A DNA stretch of 47,086 nt from Desulfurococcales archaeon. Lineage in GTDB: Archaea > Thermoproteota > Thermoprotei_A > Sulfolobales > NBVN01. Below, in pieces: positions 8,826 to 17,492 of this stretch. The translations under genes and the position numbers were made by a program. The stretch spans positions 1 to 47,086 of the forward strand of contig JAMOOZ010000117.1 of NCBI GenBank assembly GCA_027064885.1, read 5' to 3'. The notes beneath the pieces are model-generated. The model worked only from the letters and a program-made list of their open reading frames with translations. It ran no database searches and was not told where the DNA came from. Positions within the stretch are counted from its first letter, which is position 1, and every line of letters starts with the position of its first letter.

Positions 8826-9482
8826 GTGCCCGAGCTGACGATAGTACACAGTATAGAGCTCGTAGACCATGTGGGTGTGCTGCCGACGTTCAACGAGTCT
8901 GTGGGGCTCAGCGACCAGCTGAAGATTATCCTGCCAAAGATAAGCCTGCCAGACGAGGTTGTTTACGCGTTGAAGAATAGCAAGGCTATGAACTACTGGC
9001 CGCTGATGCAGGCTATGAGCATTGAGGTGCAGAAGATAAGGAGGGTCAATGCTGGGGACTACGTGTTGTCCGAGGATATAAACCAGCCCAAGAAGGCTGT
9101 AGTGGCCGTCCTAGACTATGTTGACGAGGCTTTGAGATGGGAGGGCAGCAGTGTCAGGGATGATGTGAGTTCGTTGAGGTACGACGCTTACGGGGAGCTG
9201 TACATGGTGCCAGAGGCTAGGGCTGGCGAGATATATGATGTGGAGTGGCATAACGCGCTGGTGAGGGCTATCAAGAAGGTTGTCGACATTGCCCGCAAGT
9301 GGTTCCCGCTGAGGCTGGGGCCAGAGGCTAAGAGCCTGCTACGGGAGAAGAAGCCTGAAGACCTTATCGAGCCAGACGACCATAATAACAAGCGGGATGT
9401 GCTTGAGAACGCTGTCAACACGCTGATGCAGCTGGGAGGCTTCATAGTCGTGCTCATGAGGCAGCCTGGGGGCGGTAGGTGA
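8826..9482 (+). CDS. Probable virion/fibre-associated protein with three short repeats
   Basis: AGDYVLSEDIN, AGEIYDVEWHN, PEDLIEPDDHN; stop overlaps start of the 1100-aa gene. Confidence 0.6.
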   Translation: MPELTIVHSIELVDHVGVLPTFNESVGLSDQLKIILPKISLPDEVVYALKNSKAMNYWPLMQAMSIEVQKIRRVNAGDYVLSEDINQPKKAVVAVLDYVDEALRWEGSSVRDDVSSLRYDAYGELYMVPEARAGEIYDVEWHNALVRAIKKVVDIARKWFPLRLGPEAKSLLREKKPEDLIEPDDHNNKRDVLENAVNTLMQLGGFIVVLMRQPGGGR

Positions 9483-12400
9483 TGGCGTTCCTGCTTGGCG
9501 GCGGGCCGTTCATAGCAGCTAGGAGGCTCACAATACCACTGTACCTGACGCTGATAGGCGGGGACTGCTCTGCCCAGGGGCCCAGCCTGGTCTACGTCAA
9601 CCCCTACGCCTACGATTCTGGCTCGTGCGTGATTACGAGCGAGGACACCTTCTACAGTATCAAGATGTGGACTGTTACCATGGATGTTATAGCGTTGTCC
9701 CCCAGCGCCACGCTGACCATCAGGCTCCAGGTGGTAGACCCAGATACTGGCAGTGTGGTGCACGAGGAGTCCAAGACCATCTATGGTAGTGAGGTGCTGA
9801 ACCAGTGGGTGAAGGTTAAGGTTGAGATGAGCGTTGACGAGCCCATAGAGGCTGGCAGGCTTAGGCTGAGGGTTGAGTGGAGCGGCGGGCCTTTCCAGGC
9901 CAAGATACCGAACCTTGGCACGGTTACAGACCTGTGGTCTGGCTATAACCCAGTTGATGAGGCCTATGAGATTCCGCCGCTGTACGAGCACGTTAACGGC
10001 TATGTTGAGACTAGGAGGTACGCCTACCTGCTGCCTGGCAGGAACTACTATGTGCTGCCGTGCGAGATAACCGTGGACGACGAGAAGTATGCGCTTATAC
10101 GCGTGGACAACCCTCATGGTGTGCTTCTCGATGAGGCTGAGACCACCAGGCAGTGCGCCGCCAAGCAGGCTGTGGAGGTGTACAGTGAGCTTCCAGTAAA
10201 GCCGTACTATGCTCTTGAGAAGCCAGCCAAGCTTGCAAGGGTTGCCGAGGCCCTGCAAGCCCTATTGGCCACTGTTATAACGTTGTCGGCTATTCTGAGC
10301 AGGTTCGTGCTCGTGGTGCGGGAGAAGGTTAGCGCCAGGGTTAGGACTCCAGTCCTGCTGAGAGAGGTTGTTAACGCTGCAATAGACAGTGTTATGATGG
10401 TGTTTAAGGCTGGAAGGTTCCTAGCCGAGAAGGTGAGCTTGGCCGAGGCGTTTGCAAGGGTTGTCTACCGTAGCGCTGTGAGCAGGTTTACGCTGGTTGT
10501 AAGTGAGGCCGTGTCCGCTGTAAGGCGTAAGATTGCATCGCTGAGTGAGAGTGTAGCGTTCCAGCTCGCTTCGAGGCTGGTGGCCTACCTGCCAGTTGTG
10601 CTGGCTGAGACGCTGTCGCTTGTTGAGGCGTTTGCCAGGAAGGTGTATAGGCGGTTCACCAGCACGTTCACCCTCGTTGTCAGCGAGGCCGTGTCCGCCG
10701 TTAGACGGGTTATTGCAAGGGTTGAGGAGAGCCTGGCATTCCAGATGGCTTCGAGGCTTGCAAGGGCTTTCGCCGAGAAGCTGGCTGAGACCCTACAGCT
10801 GGCGGAGGCCTTCTCAAGGGTTGTCTACAGGTTCCTAACGAGCTCTTTCACGCTAGTGGTGTCTGAGACTGTAACGGCTGTGAGGAGGGTTATTGCAAGG
10901 GTTGAGGAGTCGGTTAGCGCCGTGCTACAGTCTACTATAGGTAGAGCATTCGGCAGGGTGCTGGCCGATACTGTGAGCTTGGCCGAGGCTGCCGCTGCTA
11001 GGGTGTACAGGTTCATAACCAGCGCTATGACTCTTGTGGTTAGCGAGGCTGTAACGGCTGTAAGGCGTGTCGCTGCAAGGCTGAGTGAGAGCCTGGCATT
11101 CCAGCTCGCCTCAACTGTGGCTAGGAGGCTGGCTAGGAGCCTCGCTGACGTGCTGTCGCTGGCCGACTATCTTGCCAGAAGGGTGTACAGGTTCCTATCG
11201 AGCAGCATGACGCTGGTAGTGTCCGAGACCGTGTCCGCCGTTAGGAGGGCTATCGCATCCCTATCAGAGTCCGTTGCGGCTAGCCTCGCGACAAGCATCT
11301 CCAAGCGTGTTAGGGCTGCGTTTGTGGAGGCTGCAAGCCTTGCAGACGCTATCGTTGCAAGGCTTAGGGCTGGGAGGCTCCTAGCTGAGACCATAGCGCT
11401 TGCTGAGGCGTTCGCTAGGAGGGTTTACAGGTTCCTAACTAGCACGTTCACGCTCGTTGTATCAGAGGCCGTGAGTACTGTTAGGAGGGTGCTGGCCAGG
11501 GTCAGCGAGACGGTTAGCGCCACGTTGTCGACCACCATTGGTAAGAGGGTGAGCACGCTCCTGGCCGAGGCCGTGTCTCTGGCTGACGCTATAGCGAGGA
11601 GGCTTAGGGCTAGCAGGGTGCTGGCCGAGGCTGCAAGCCTTGCAGACCAGCTCTATAGGAGGGTGAAGAGGGCTGCCACGAGCACTTTCGTGCTCGTTGT
11701 GAGCGAGACGGTTAGCGCTGTGCACAGGGTACTTGCGAGGGTAAGCGAGACACTATCCAGCACCCTAGCGGCCACGATAAGCAAGCTTGTGAGGAGGAGT
11801 GCAGCTGAATCCGCCAGCCTAACAGACGTGGTGCACGGAAGCTACCACGGGGACACGGCGCACAGCGATGTGGCGCACAGCGACAGCGAGTTCAGCGACA
11901 CTACACACTCGGACGCGGCTTTCTCGGACACAGCGTTCTCTAACACGCCATTCAGCGACACAGCCTTCTCAGACCAGGCGTTCAGCGATGTGGCATTCTC
12001 GAATGTGCCGTTCAGCAATGTGCCATTCAGCAATCAAGAGCACGCTGACATACATAGTGATAGGGCTTTCAGCGACCAGCCCCACAGCGACGGGCACGGG
12101 GACACAGCCCACAGCGATGGGGCTCACAGCAACGTCTCGTTCAGCAATGTGCCATTCAGCAACACACCATTCTCCAACTCGCCTTTCAGCAACGTGCCAT
12201 TCAGCGATGAGGCCCACTATGACAGCCACAGCGATGTGGCGCACAGCGATGAGAGCGGCATAGGCTTCAGCAACGTGTCTCACTCGGACTCGTGGTATGA
12301 TAGCTTCCCAATATTCGTAGACCACAGCGACCAGGCGCACAGCGACAGCCCTGGAGCACACTCTGATGTGAGCCACAGCGATACGCACACCAACATAGCG

Positions 12401-12781
12401 CACAGCGATGCCACACACAGCGATAGCAGCCACAGCGATACTAGACACAGCGATGTGAGCCATAGCGATAGTAGGCATAGCGATGTGCCGCACACCGACT
12501 ACCCGCACACAGACTGGTTCAGCAACGTATCACACTCTGATGTAACGCACGGTGATAGCTATGGAGACCAGCCTCACAGCGATGCAGCGTTCAGCGACCA
12601 GACCCACTCGGATGTCAGCCACAGCGACAAGGCTCACAGCGACCAGGCGCACAGCGACTCAACGCATAGTGATGTGAGCCATAGCGACCAGGCACACTCC
12701 GACGTTGCCCATAGCGATGCAGCGTTCTCGGACACGGCGCACAGCGATGTGGCGCATGCTGATAGGGCTGGCAGCTTCTAG
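9479..12781 (+). CDS. 1100-aa repetitive fibre-like protein with C-terminal (H/F)-S-(D/N) repeats; candidate radical SAM substrate
   Basis: N-terminal beta-rich domain, central 60/80-aa repeats, C-terminal 62 aromatic-X-D/N motifs; rSAM gene begins 39 nt downstream. Confidence 0.85.
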   Translation: MMAFLLGGGPFIAARRLTIPLYLTLIGGDCSAQGPSLVYVNPYAYDSGSCVITSEDTFYSIKMWTVTMDVIALSPSATLTIRLQVVDPDTGSVVHEESKTIYGSEVLNQWVKVKVEMSVDEPIEAGRLRLRVEWSGGPFQAKIPNLGTVTDLWSGYNPVDEAYEIPPLYEHVNGYVETRRYAYLLPGRNYYVLPCEITVDDEKYALIRVDNPHGVLLDEAETTRQCAAKQAVEVYSELPVKPYYALEKPAKLARVAEALQALLATVITLSAILSRFVLVVREKVSARVRTPVLLREVVNAAIDSVMMVFKAGRFLAEKVSLAEAFARVVYRSAVSRFTLVVSEAVSAVRRKIASLSESVAFQLASRLVAYLPVVLAETLSLVEAFARKVYRRFTSTFTLVVSEAVSAVRRVIARVEESLAFQMASRLARAFAEKLAETLQLAEAFSRVVYRFLTSSFTLVVSETVTAVRRVIARVEESVSAVLQSTIGRAFGRVLADTVSLAEAAAARVYRFITSAMTLVVSEAVTAVRRVAARLSESLAFQLASTVARRLARSLADVLSLADYLARRVYRFLSSSMTLVVSETVSAVRRAIASLSESVAASLATSISKRVRAAFVEAASLADAIVARLRAGRLLAETIALAEAFARRVYRFLTSTFTLVVSEAVSTVRRVLARVSETVSATLSTTIGKRVSTLLAEAVSLADAIARRLRASRVLAEAASLADQLYRRVKRAATSTFVLVVSETVSAVHRVLARVSETLSSTLAATISKLVRRSAAESASLTDVVHGSYHGDTAHSDVAHSDSEFSDTTHSDAAFSDTAFSNTPFSDTAFSDQAFSDVAFSNVPFSNVPFSNQEHADIHSDRAFSDQPHSDGHGDTAHSDGAHSNVSFSNVPFSNTPFSNSPFSNVPFSDEAHYDSHSDVAHSDESGIGFSNVSHSDSWYDSFPIFVDHSDQAHSDSPGAHSDVSHSDTHTNIAHSDATHSDSSHSDTRHSDVSHSDSRHSDVPHTDYPHTDWFSNVSHSDVTHGDSYGDQPHSDAAFSDQTHSDVSHSDKAHSDQAHSDSTHSDVSHSDQAHSDVAHSDAAFSDTAHSDVAHADRAGSF
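10304..11830 (+). repeat. Coding tandem repeats, 8 copies of (F/M)(T/V)LVV(S/R)E.V.A
   Basis: Copies near 10304, 10487, 10667, 10847, 11027, 11207, 11447, 11687 (spacings 183, 180 x4, 240 x2 nt). Confidence 0.9.
11846..12778 (+). repeat. Coding pentapeptide repeat array (H/F)S(D/N)xx, 62 units
   Basis: 15-nt period e.g. CACAGCGAT/TTCAGCAAT; units counted from the translation. Confidence 0.95.
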
Positions 12782-12820
12782 CCCCCACACCTTATAGTTT
12801 TTCCATGTGTAAGACCCGCC

Positions 12821-14029
12821 TTGAGGGTGGAGCGTTTGACTCTACTGGTTATGCCCACGTACAGCTGCCACCTTGCATGTGCCTACTGTTTCGAGAGCAC
12901 TATAGGGTGGAGGATGAAGGTCAAGCTTGACTATGACCTTGACAGGATGATGGAGGCTATAGCCAGGATTAACAGGTTGCAGCCCCACCAGGAGGCCGTT
13001 CTGCATGGCGGGGAGCCGCTGCTCATGCCACTACGAGACCTTGAGAGGCTGATAGCGTTCATCAGAAACCTGGGGCTCAGCGTTAGCGTGCAGAGCAGCT
13101 GCTCGATACTGAGCGAGGAGCACATCAAGCTGTTCAAAAGGTACAACGTGAGGGTCGGCTGTAGCGCTGACGGCCCGCCAGAGCTCAACGTGTTGAGGGG
13201 CTTCTGGCCTAGGGGGAAGCCGCTGGAGGAGCTTAACAGGAGGTACCGTGAGAAGGTGCAGAGGAACATTGAGATACTGGCTGAGGAGAAGCTGCTGGGT
13301 GGCGTGCTCACCATTGTGCATAGGGCTAACGCTGGCGACGTGGAGAAGCTGCGTAAGCTGGTGGGCTGGATCAACAAGTTGTATGAGCTTGGTAGCAGGT
13401 ATGGTAGGCTGAACCCTATGTACGCTGTTACCCCGTGGAGTAAGCCGTATGAGCTTAGCGTAGACGAGTTGTACAGGGCTTACGTGTGGATGTGGGAGAA
13501 CTTCTTCCAGGATAGGCCAGAGCTTGACTGGAGCCCGTACCACGACCTTGTGGCTGTGCTGCTGGGGCAGGAGAGGAGGGCTTTGTGCTGGTTTAACGGG
13601 TGCGGCTTTTACGACGCGCCAGTGTGGACTGTCGGGCCTAAGGGGGAGGTGTTGAGCTGCGATAGGACGCTGGGGGCTGGGATGTGGCTTAGGGCTAGGC
13701 CCCTGCCGAAGACCCAGCTTCTCGATAGGAAGATACGGGCTATAGCGCTGTGCCAGACGGAGCTTGCGGGGGACAGGTTCTGCCACCTCCACAAGGGTGG
13801 GTGCCCTGCCGAGGCCCTGGGCGGGGACTGGAGGAGGCCTAGCAGGTTCTGGAGGCTTTGGAGCAGGCTGCTAGAGTATTTTGAGCGTAGGCTGAAGGCT
13901 TTGGCTCCTTGGCTTAAGCTTGCTAGCGAGGTGCCCGACAGGCTGGAGTACATTGAGATGGTGAGTAGGGGGTGCGTGTGGAACCCGTTCACGGGCAGGT
14001 ACGACTGCCCAAAGGGCGGTAGGGGGTGA
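12821..14029 (+). CDS. Radical SAM enzyme with SPASM/twitch-like C-terminal domain (peptide/protein maturase type)
   Basis: CHLACAYC (CxxxCxxC), HGGEPLL, SADGP, C-terminal CWFNGC..GEVLSC..GGCP. Confidence 0.92.
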   Translation: MRVERLTLLVMPTYSCHLACAYCFESTIGWRMKVKLDYDLDRMMEAIARINRLQPHQEAVLHGGEPLLMPLRDLERLIAFIRNLGLSVSVQSSCSILSEEHIKLFKRYNVRVGCSADGPPELNVLRGFWPRGKPLEELNRRYREKVQRNIEILAEEKLLGGVLTIVHRANAGDVEKLRKLVGWINKLYELGSRYGRLNPMYAVTPWSKPYELSVDELYRAYVWMWENFFQDRPELDWSPYHDLVAVLLGQERRALCWFNGCGFYDAPVWTVGPKGEVLSCDRTLGAGMWLRARPLPKTQLLDRKIRAIALCQTELAGDRFCHLHKGGCPAEALGGDWRRPSRFWRLWSRLLEYFERRLKALAPWLKLASEVPDRLEYIEMVSRGCVWNPFTGRYDCPKGGRG

Positions 14030-14030
14030 T

Positions 14031-14867
14031 GTGGTCGTGAGGCATGTTAGGCTTCCACCTTTCAACGCGGTAGTGTTCAGGGGCGATGATGGGGGTAGGC
14101 TGGCTGAGAGGTGGGAGCCGCTGCTGGCCAGGATTGAGAGGGCGGTGTTCGAGGCCGAGTTCGGTATTGTAGGTGAGTTCGGGAGGCGCTGTAACACTGT
14201 GCTGCTGCCTCCTGGCGGTGGGCAGCAGACCCTTGAGCTGATACGGAGGTATGGGCTGCTGTTCTACCCTATAACGCAGGTTAGAGCGTACCAGGGCTAT
14301 GCTCACACCCATGAGAAGCCTAGGCATCCTGGGGAGGCGGCATTGTTCGGCGTGGCGTGCATCGAGATAGATGACGCGTTGAGGTTCGCCGAGGCCTACC
14401 AGAGGGGCGACCACTACACTCAAGGCAAGCTGCTGGGCTACCCAGAGTGCTGCATCAAGGCGTTCATCGAGGATTGGAACGCTGGCTACTACAGCCCCGT
14501 GATACAGGAGGTTAGGAGGACTCCTGGCTGCCACGACTACGAGTGCAGGATTGACCCGCTGCTCAACCCCACGCTACGCTATATCGGCGTGAAGGCGATA
14601 CCGTTCTGGCCCCACAACCTGGTGTGCAGGGAGGCGCACAGGTGGGCCGAGCACTTCATCGACGTGGTCAGGAGGATAGACAAGAAGGCCTACAAGGCGC
14701 TCCTGGAGCTGCTGGCCGAGCCCGTTGAGTTCAGCCAGGTTAACGGTATCATAGAGGTGAGGGTGGGGAGCCCGCCGTGGATGCTGATTATCAGCCAGGG
14801 CTATAGCGATGAGACGATACGGGTGCGCCTCATCCCAATGTACGACCCAGTTGAGGAGTATGGGTGA
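14031..14867 (+). CDS. Conserved-type archaeal protein with GxLLGYPxCC motif (DUF483-like)
   Basis: GKLLGYPECCIKAF and FWPHNLVC motifs; in operon with the rSAM gene. Confidence 0.6.
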   Translation: MVVRHVRLPPFNAVVFRGDDGGRLAERWEPLLARIERAVFEAEFGIVGEFGRRCNTVLLPPGGGQQTLELIRRYGLLFYPITQVRAYQGYAHTHEKPRHPGEAALFGVACIEIDDALRFAEAYQRGDHYTQGKLLGYPECCIKAFIEDWNAGYYSPVIQEVRRTPGCHDYECRIDPLLNPTLRYIGVKAIPFWPHNLVCREAHRWAEHFIDVVRRIDKKAYKALLELLAEPVEFSQVNGIIEVRVGSPPWMLIISQGYSDETIRVRLIPMYDPVEEYG

Positions 14868-14870
14868 TGT

Positions 14871-15647
14871 GTGGTGCCGCGTAGGGGTGTGCCAGAGCCC
14901 AAGGTGGGGGAGGTCGACGACCCCACGTTCAACAGGATATACGAGATTGTTGCCGAGAGGCTGCCCTACGACGCTAGGATACTACTGCTGAGCCACACGG
15001 GCTCCAGGGCCTACGGGTGGAGCTGGTACAACTTCGACTACGACATCCACGGCGTGTTCGCCTGTAAGGGGTGGTGGGACTGGGTTCACATAGGGGTTGA
15101 GGGCTTCGACATCAACATGTACGAGCTGGGCCACCTAATATACATGGATTTGTACTATAAGCATGGAGACACAATTATCAACATGGGCAACCCAATCTAT
15201 CTTGACCCAGAGTTTCCCTATGACGAGATGCTGGACTTGATTAGCACGGACTTCTGGCATGATAGCATGGTTGACTATCAGATTGCGAGGCTACAGACGT
15301 ACTTCAGCGCTAGGACGGCGCTGCACACGTATAGGGTTATGATTGTGCCGATGTACTTCATGAGGTTCGGTAGGTTCGAGCACAACATATTCAGGGCTAT
15401 GATTGAGCTCGGCCTAGACCTTGAGGGCCCCTATATCTGCCGTGAGGCGTACCTTGCACAGTACAAGATAACCAGCAGGAACCCCGTGCTCAGCGAGGAG
15501 GAGCGAGAGCTTGTGTGGAGGGAGATACGGATGCTCCGCGAGATGTTTGCCGAGTACAAGAAGAAGTACCATAAGCCTTGGAGTAGGGAGAAGTGGGAGC
15601 GGTTCATTGAGCTTGTGAGGCCGCTGTGGGCTGAGTGTGAGTACTAA
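14871..15647 (+). CDS. Pol-beta-superfamily nucleotidyltransferase
   Basis: GSRAYG...DYDIHGVF (GS..DxD) with a later D in FDINMYEL. Confidence 0.8.
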   Translation: MVPRRGVPEPKVGEVDDPTFNRIYEIVAERLPYDARILLLSHTGSRAYGWSWYNFDYDIHGVFACKGWWDWVHIGVEGFDINMYELGHLIYMDLYYKHGDTIINMGNPIYLDPEFPYDEMLDLISTDFWHDSMVDYQIARLQTYFSARTALHTYRVMIVPMYFMRFGRFEHNIFRAMIELGLDLEGPYICREAYLAQYKITSRNPVLSEEERELVWREIRMLREMFAEYKKKYHKPWSREKWERFIELVRPLWAECEY

Positions 15648-15679
15648 AGCTTTACTGTGGGCTTACCGTGTAGTCTAGC

Positions 15680-16450
15680 GTGGAGGGGCGGGCCGTGATA
15701 AGGCATTCCATCCGCGTGAAAGCGGACGTGTGGATAAACGGTAGGTTCGTCGGCGCCAACAGCCCGACAGAGACGCTTAAGGATGACATTGTAACGGAGA
15801 TGGGCACGTGCGGCAAGAAGGTAACCATTATCGATAAGATATGCCTCGTGGACGACCAGGGCACTGAGAGGGACTGCACTACAGACCTCAGCTACGAAGA
15901 CCACAGCCCTAACTATGTGCTTGTTAAGGGCAGCATACAAGCCACAGCCTCATACACTGTAGCCAAGATTAGGGCTTACAGTGTTGACAAGCTGTACTTC
16001 GAGACCGACTACAGTGTAGCGCTTAACCAGGGGGACGTGCTAGACGTAACGTACCAGATTAGCGCGACTGTAAGCTGCTCGCTTAGCGGCAGCGTTACAC
16101 AGCTGGAATGCGACCCTAGCGGGTACATCCAGAACCTTCTAAAAGCGTTCATAGGTGCTGATAGGGCTGTACTGTGCCTCAAGAGGGCCCTGCTGATGTA
16201 CTATAGTGAGACTGAGGGCAAGTATGTTAGCGGGCTGGCTATAACTCTGAGCATAAGCTATGACACGGCTCAAAACAAGGTTACGGGGAGCGGGAGCGGC
16301 ACCAGCACGCTAGACTTTGAGGCGGAGTACCTAGAGTACGATAATGGTGCTAATCCGCCAGTACCGTTGATAGAGCAGCATTTCAGCCAGACACTGCCAA
16401 TATATAGGGACACCGTGGTCAATGTTAGCTACGAGTTTACTGTTCAGTAA
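15680..16450 (+). CDS. Beta-rich probable virion protein, two related halves resembling 8260..8787
   Basis: Halves end VALNQGDVLDVTYQI and LPIYRDTVVNVSYEF, cf. VTLYSGDQLYIQWKV. Confidence 0.55.
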   Translation: MEGRAVIRHSIRVKADVWINGRFVGANSPTETLKDDIVTEMGTCGKKVTIIDKICLVDDQGTERDCTTDLSYEDHSPNYVLVKGSIQATASYTVAKIRAYSVDKLYFETDYSVALNQGDVLDVTYQISATVSCSLSGSVTQLECDPSGYIQNLLKAFIGADRAVLCLKRALLMYYSETEGKYVSGLAITLSISYDTAQNKVTGSGSGTSTLDFEAEYLEYDNGANPPVPLIEQHFSQTLPIYRDTVVNVSYEFTVQ

Positions 16451-16661
16451 CCTCCTCCTCTACTATGGTTTTTTCCGTAACCGTCTCTTTGAGCTCGCCC
16501 GTCTCCTCCAGGGCTCTCTCTGCGACTTCTATGAGGGCTCTGAGTACTGTCTCCCAGCTTGTGTAGAGTTTTGGTGCTAGGGCTTTTGCTAGTGCTACTA
16601 CCTCTATGAAGCTCGCCTTCTCCAGTACCTGCCGCACCTGTTTCCAGTCTACCTCGCTCAC
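16437..16661 (-). CDS. Hypothetical protein
   Basis: 74-aa ORF with AGGTG SD. Confidence 0.7.
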   Translation of the reverse strand: MSEVDWKQVRQVLEKASFIEVVALAKALAPKLYTSWETVLRALIEVAERALEETGELKETVTEKTIVEEEVTEQ

Positions 16662-16672
16662 GGCTCAGCACC

Positions 16673-17194
16673 TTAGATTAGTACGAAGTACAGGTTTCCG
16701 AGCATGTAGAAGTGCTTGTCTCGCTTGGCTATCTGTATGAACTTGTCGTTTTGGGGCTCGTATATTAGTGGCTCGTCGGTGTCGGCTGGGAATATCAGGT
16801 TGTATGCGTGGCCAGCGTCGTAGTCTAGGACTACTGCGACGGCGTTGACGCCGAAGAACTGGGCCATCCTGGCCTTGAATAGTAGGGCGTACTTGTCGCA
16901 GTCGAACCTGTCGGCCACGTATGGCAGGTAGTTGGTTACGTCCCAGTGGGCCATCATCCCCCAGTCGCTGAGCTTGGCTGTGTACCACTTGCCGTCCAGG
17001 GGGAGCCAGCGCCACCACTGCCAGTTGGGTAGCTTCTGGAGGCGCTGGGCTATCCAGTCGGTATCAACCTCTACCACCTTGGGCTTGAATGGCGGCACGT
17101 AGTTCTTCTTTATGTTGGCTATCTTGACCTCTACCGCCTGTATCTTGGAGAGTATGTCTGGGAGGCTAGCAGCGGGACGCGACAACCGCCTCAC
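16673..17194 (-). CDS. Transglutaminase/papain-like Cys protease-fold protein
   Basis: FDCDKYA...GHAYN...YEPQND gives a Cys-His-Glu/Asp triad pattern. Confidence 0.7.
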   Translation of the reverse strand: MRRLSRPAASLPDILSKIQAVEVKIANIKKNYVPPFKPKVVEVDTDWIAQRLQKLPNWQWWRWLPLDGKWYTAKLSDWGMMAHWDVTNYLPYVADRFDCDKYALLFKARMAQFFGVNAVAVVLDYDAGHAYNLIFPADTDEPLIYEPQNDKFIQIAKRDKHFYMLGNLYFVLI

Positions 17195-17492
17195 CGAGTA
17201 GTACTAGTGTGGCGGCCAGGGTGGCTATAAGGAGTCCACGAAATGCCGCGTCTATGATTTGGCTTGCGTAGGAGATGGACTCAAGGTACACGGCTACCAG
17301 CTGTCGTAGCGTTGCGTCTGACGTGGTGTTGCCAGTCAGGTTTAGCTGGTGGAAAAAGGTCTCGTTGACAAGGGCTACCTTAGCCTTTGAGGTGGCCCAG
17401 GCTGCTAGTATGAGCAGTACGGCTGTAAGCGCTAGGACTGCCACTAGGGCTGCCTTGAAAGCTAGTCTGGCCAGGGGGTGTACTTTTCCCAC
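17166..17492 (-). CDS. Membrane protein with two TM segments (start uncertain)
   Basis: AALVAVLALTAVLLILAAWA and LLIATLAATLVLL; three N-glycosylation sequons between them (NET, NLT, NTT). Confidence 0.6.
   Translation of the reverse strand: MGKVHPLARLAFKAALVAVLALTAVLLILAAWATSKAKVALVNETFFHQLNLTGNTTSDATLRQLVAVYLESISYASQIIDAAFRGLLIATLAATLVLLGEAVVASRC

Noticed and set aside
9188-12508. Antisense and alternative-frame ORFs over the fibre gene (356 aa, 179 aa, 131 aa)
   Set aside because: Shadows of the repeat-coding frame
11846-12778. Regular short DNA repeats resembling a CRISPR array or VNTR
   Set aside because: 15-nt period with synonymous variation, in frame within a CDS; no constant repeat plus unique spacer structure and no cas genes
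12821-14029. rSAM as QueE, or as the AmmeMemoRadiSam radical SAM partner of the MEMO1 gene
   Set aside because: Length and C-terminal Cys/GGCP domain fit SPASM-type maturases; it is far from both loci and adjacent to a repeat substrate candidate
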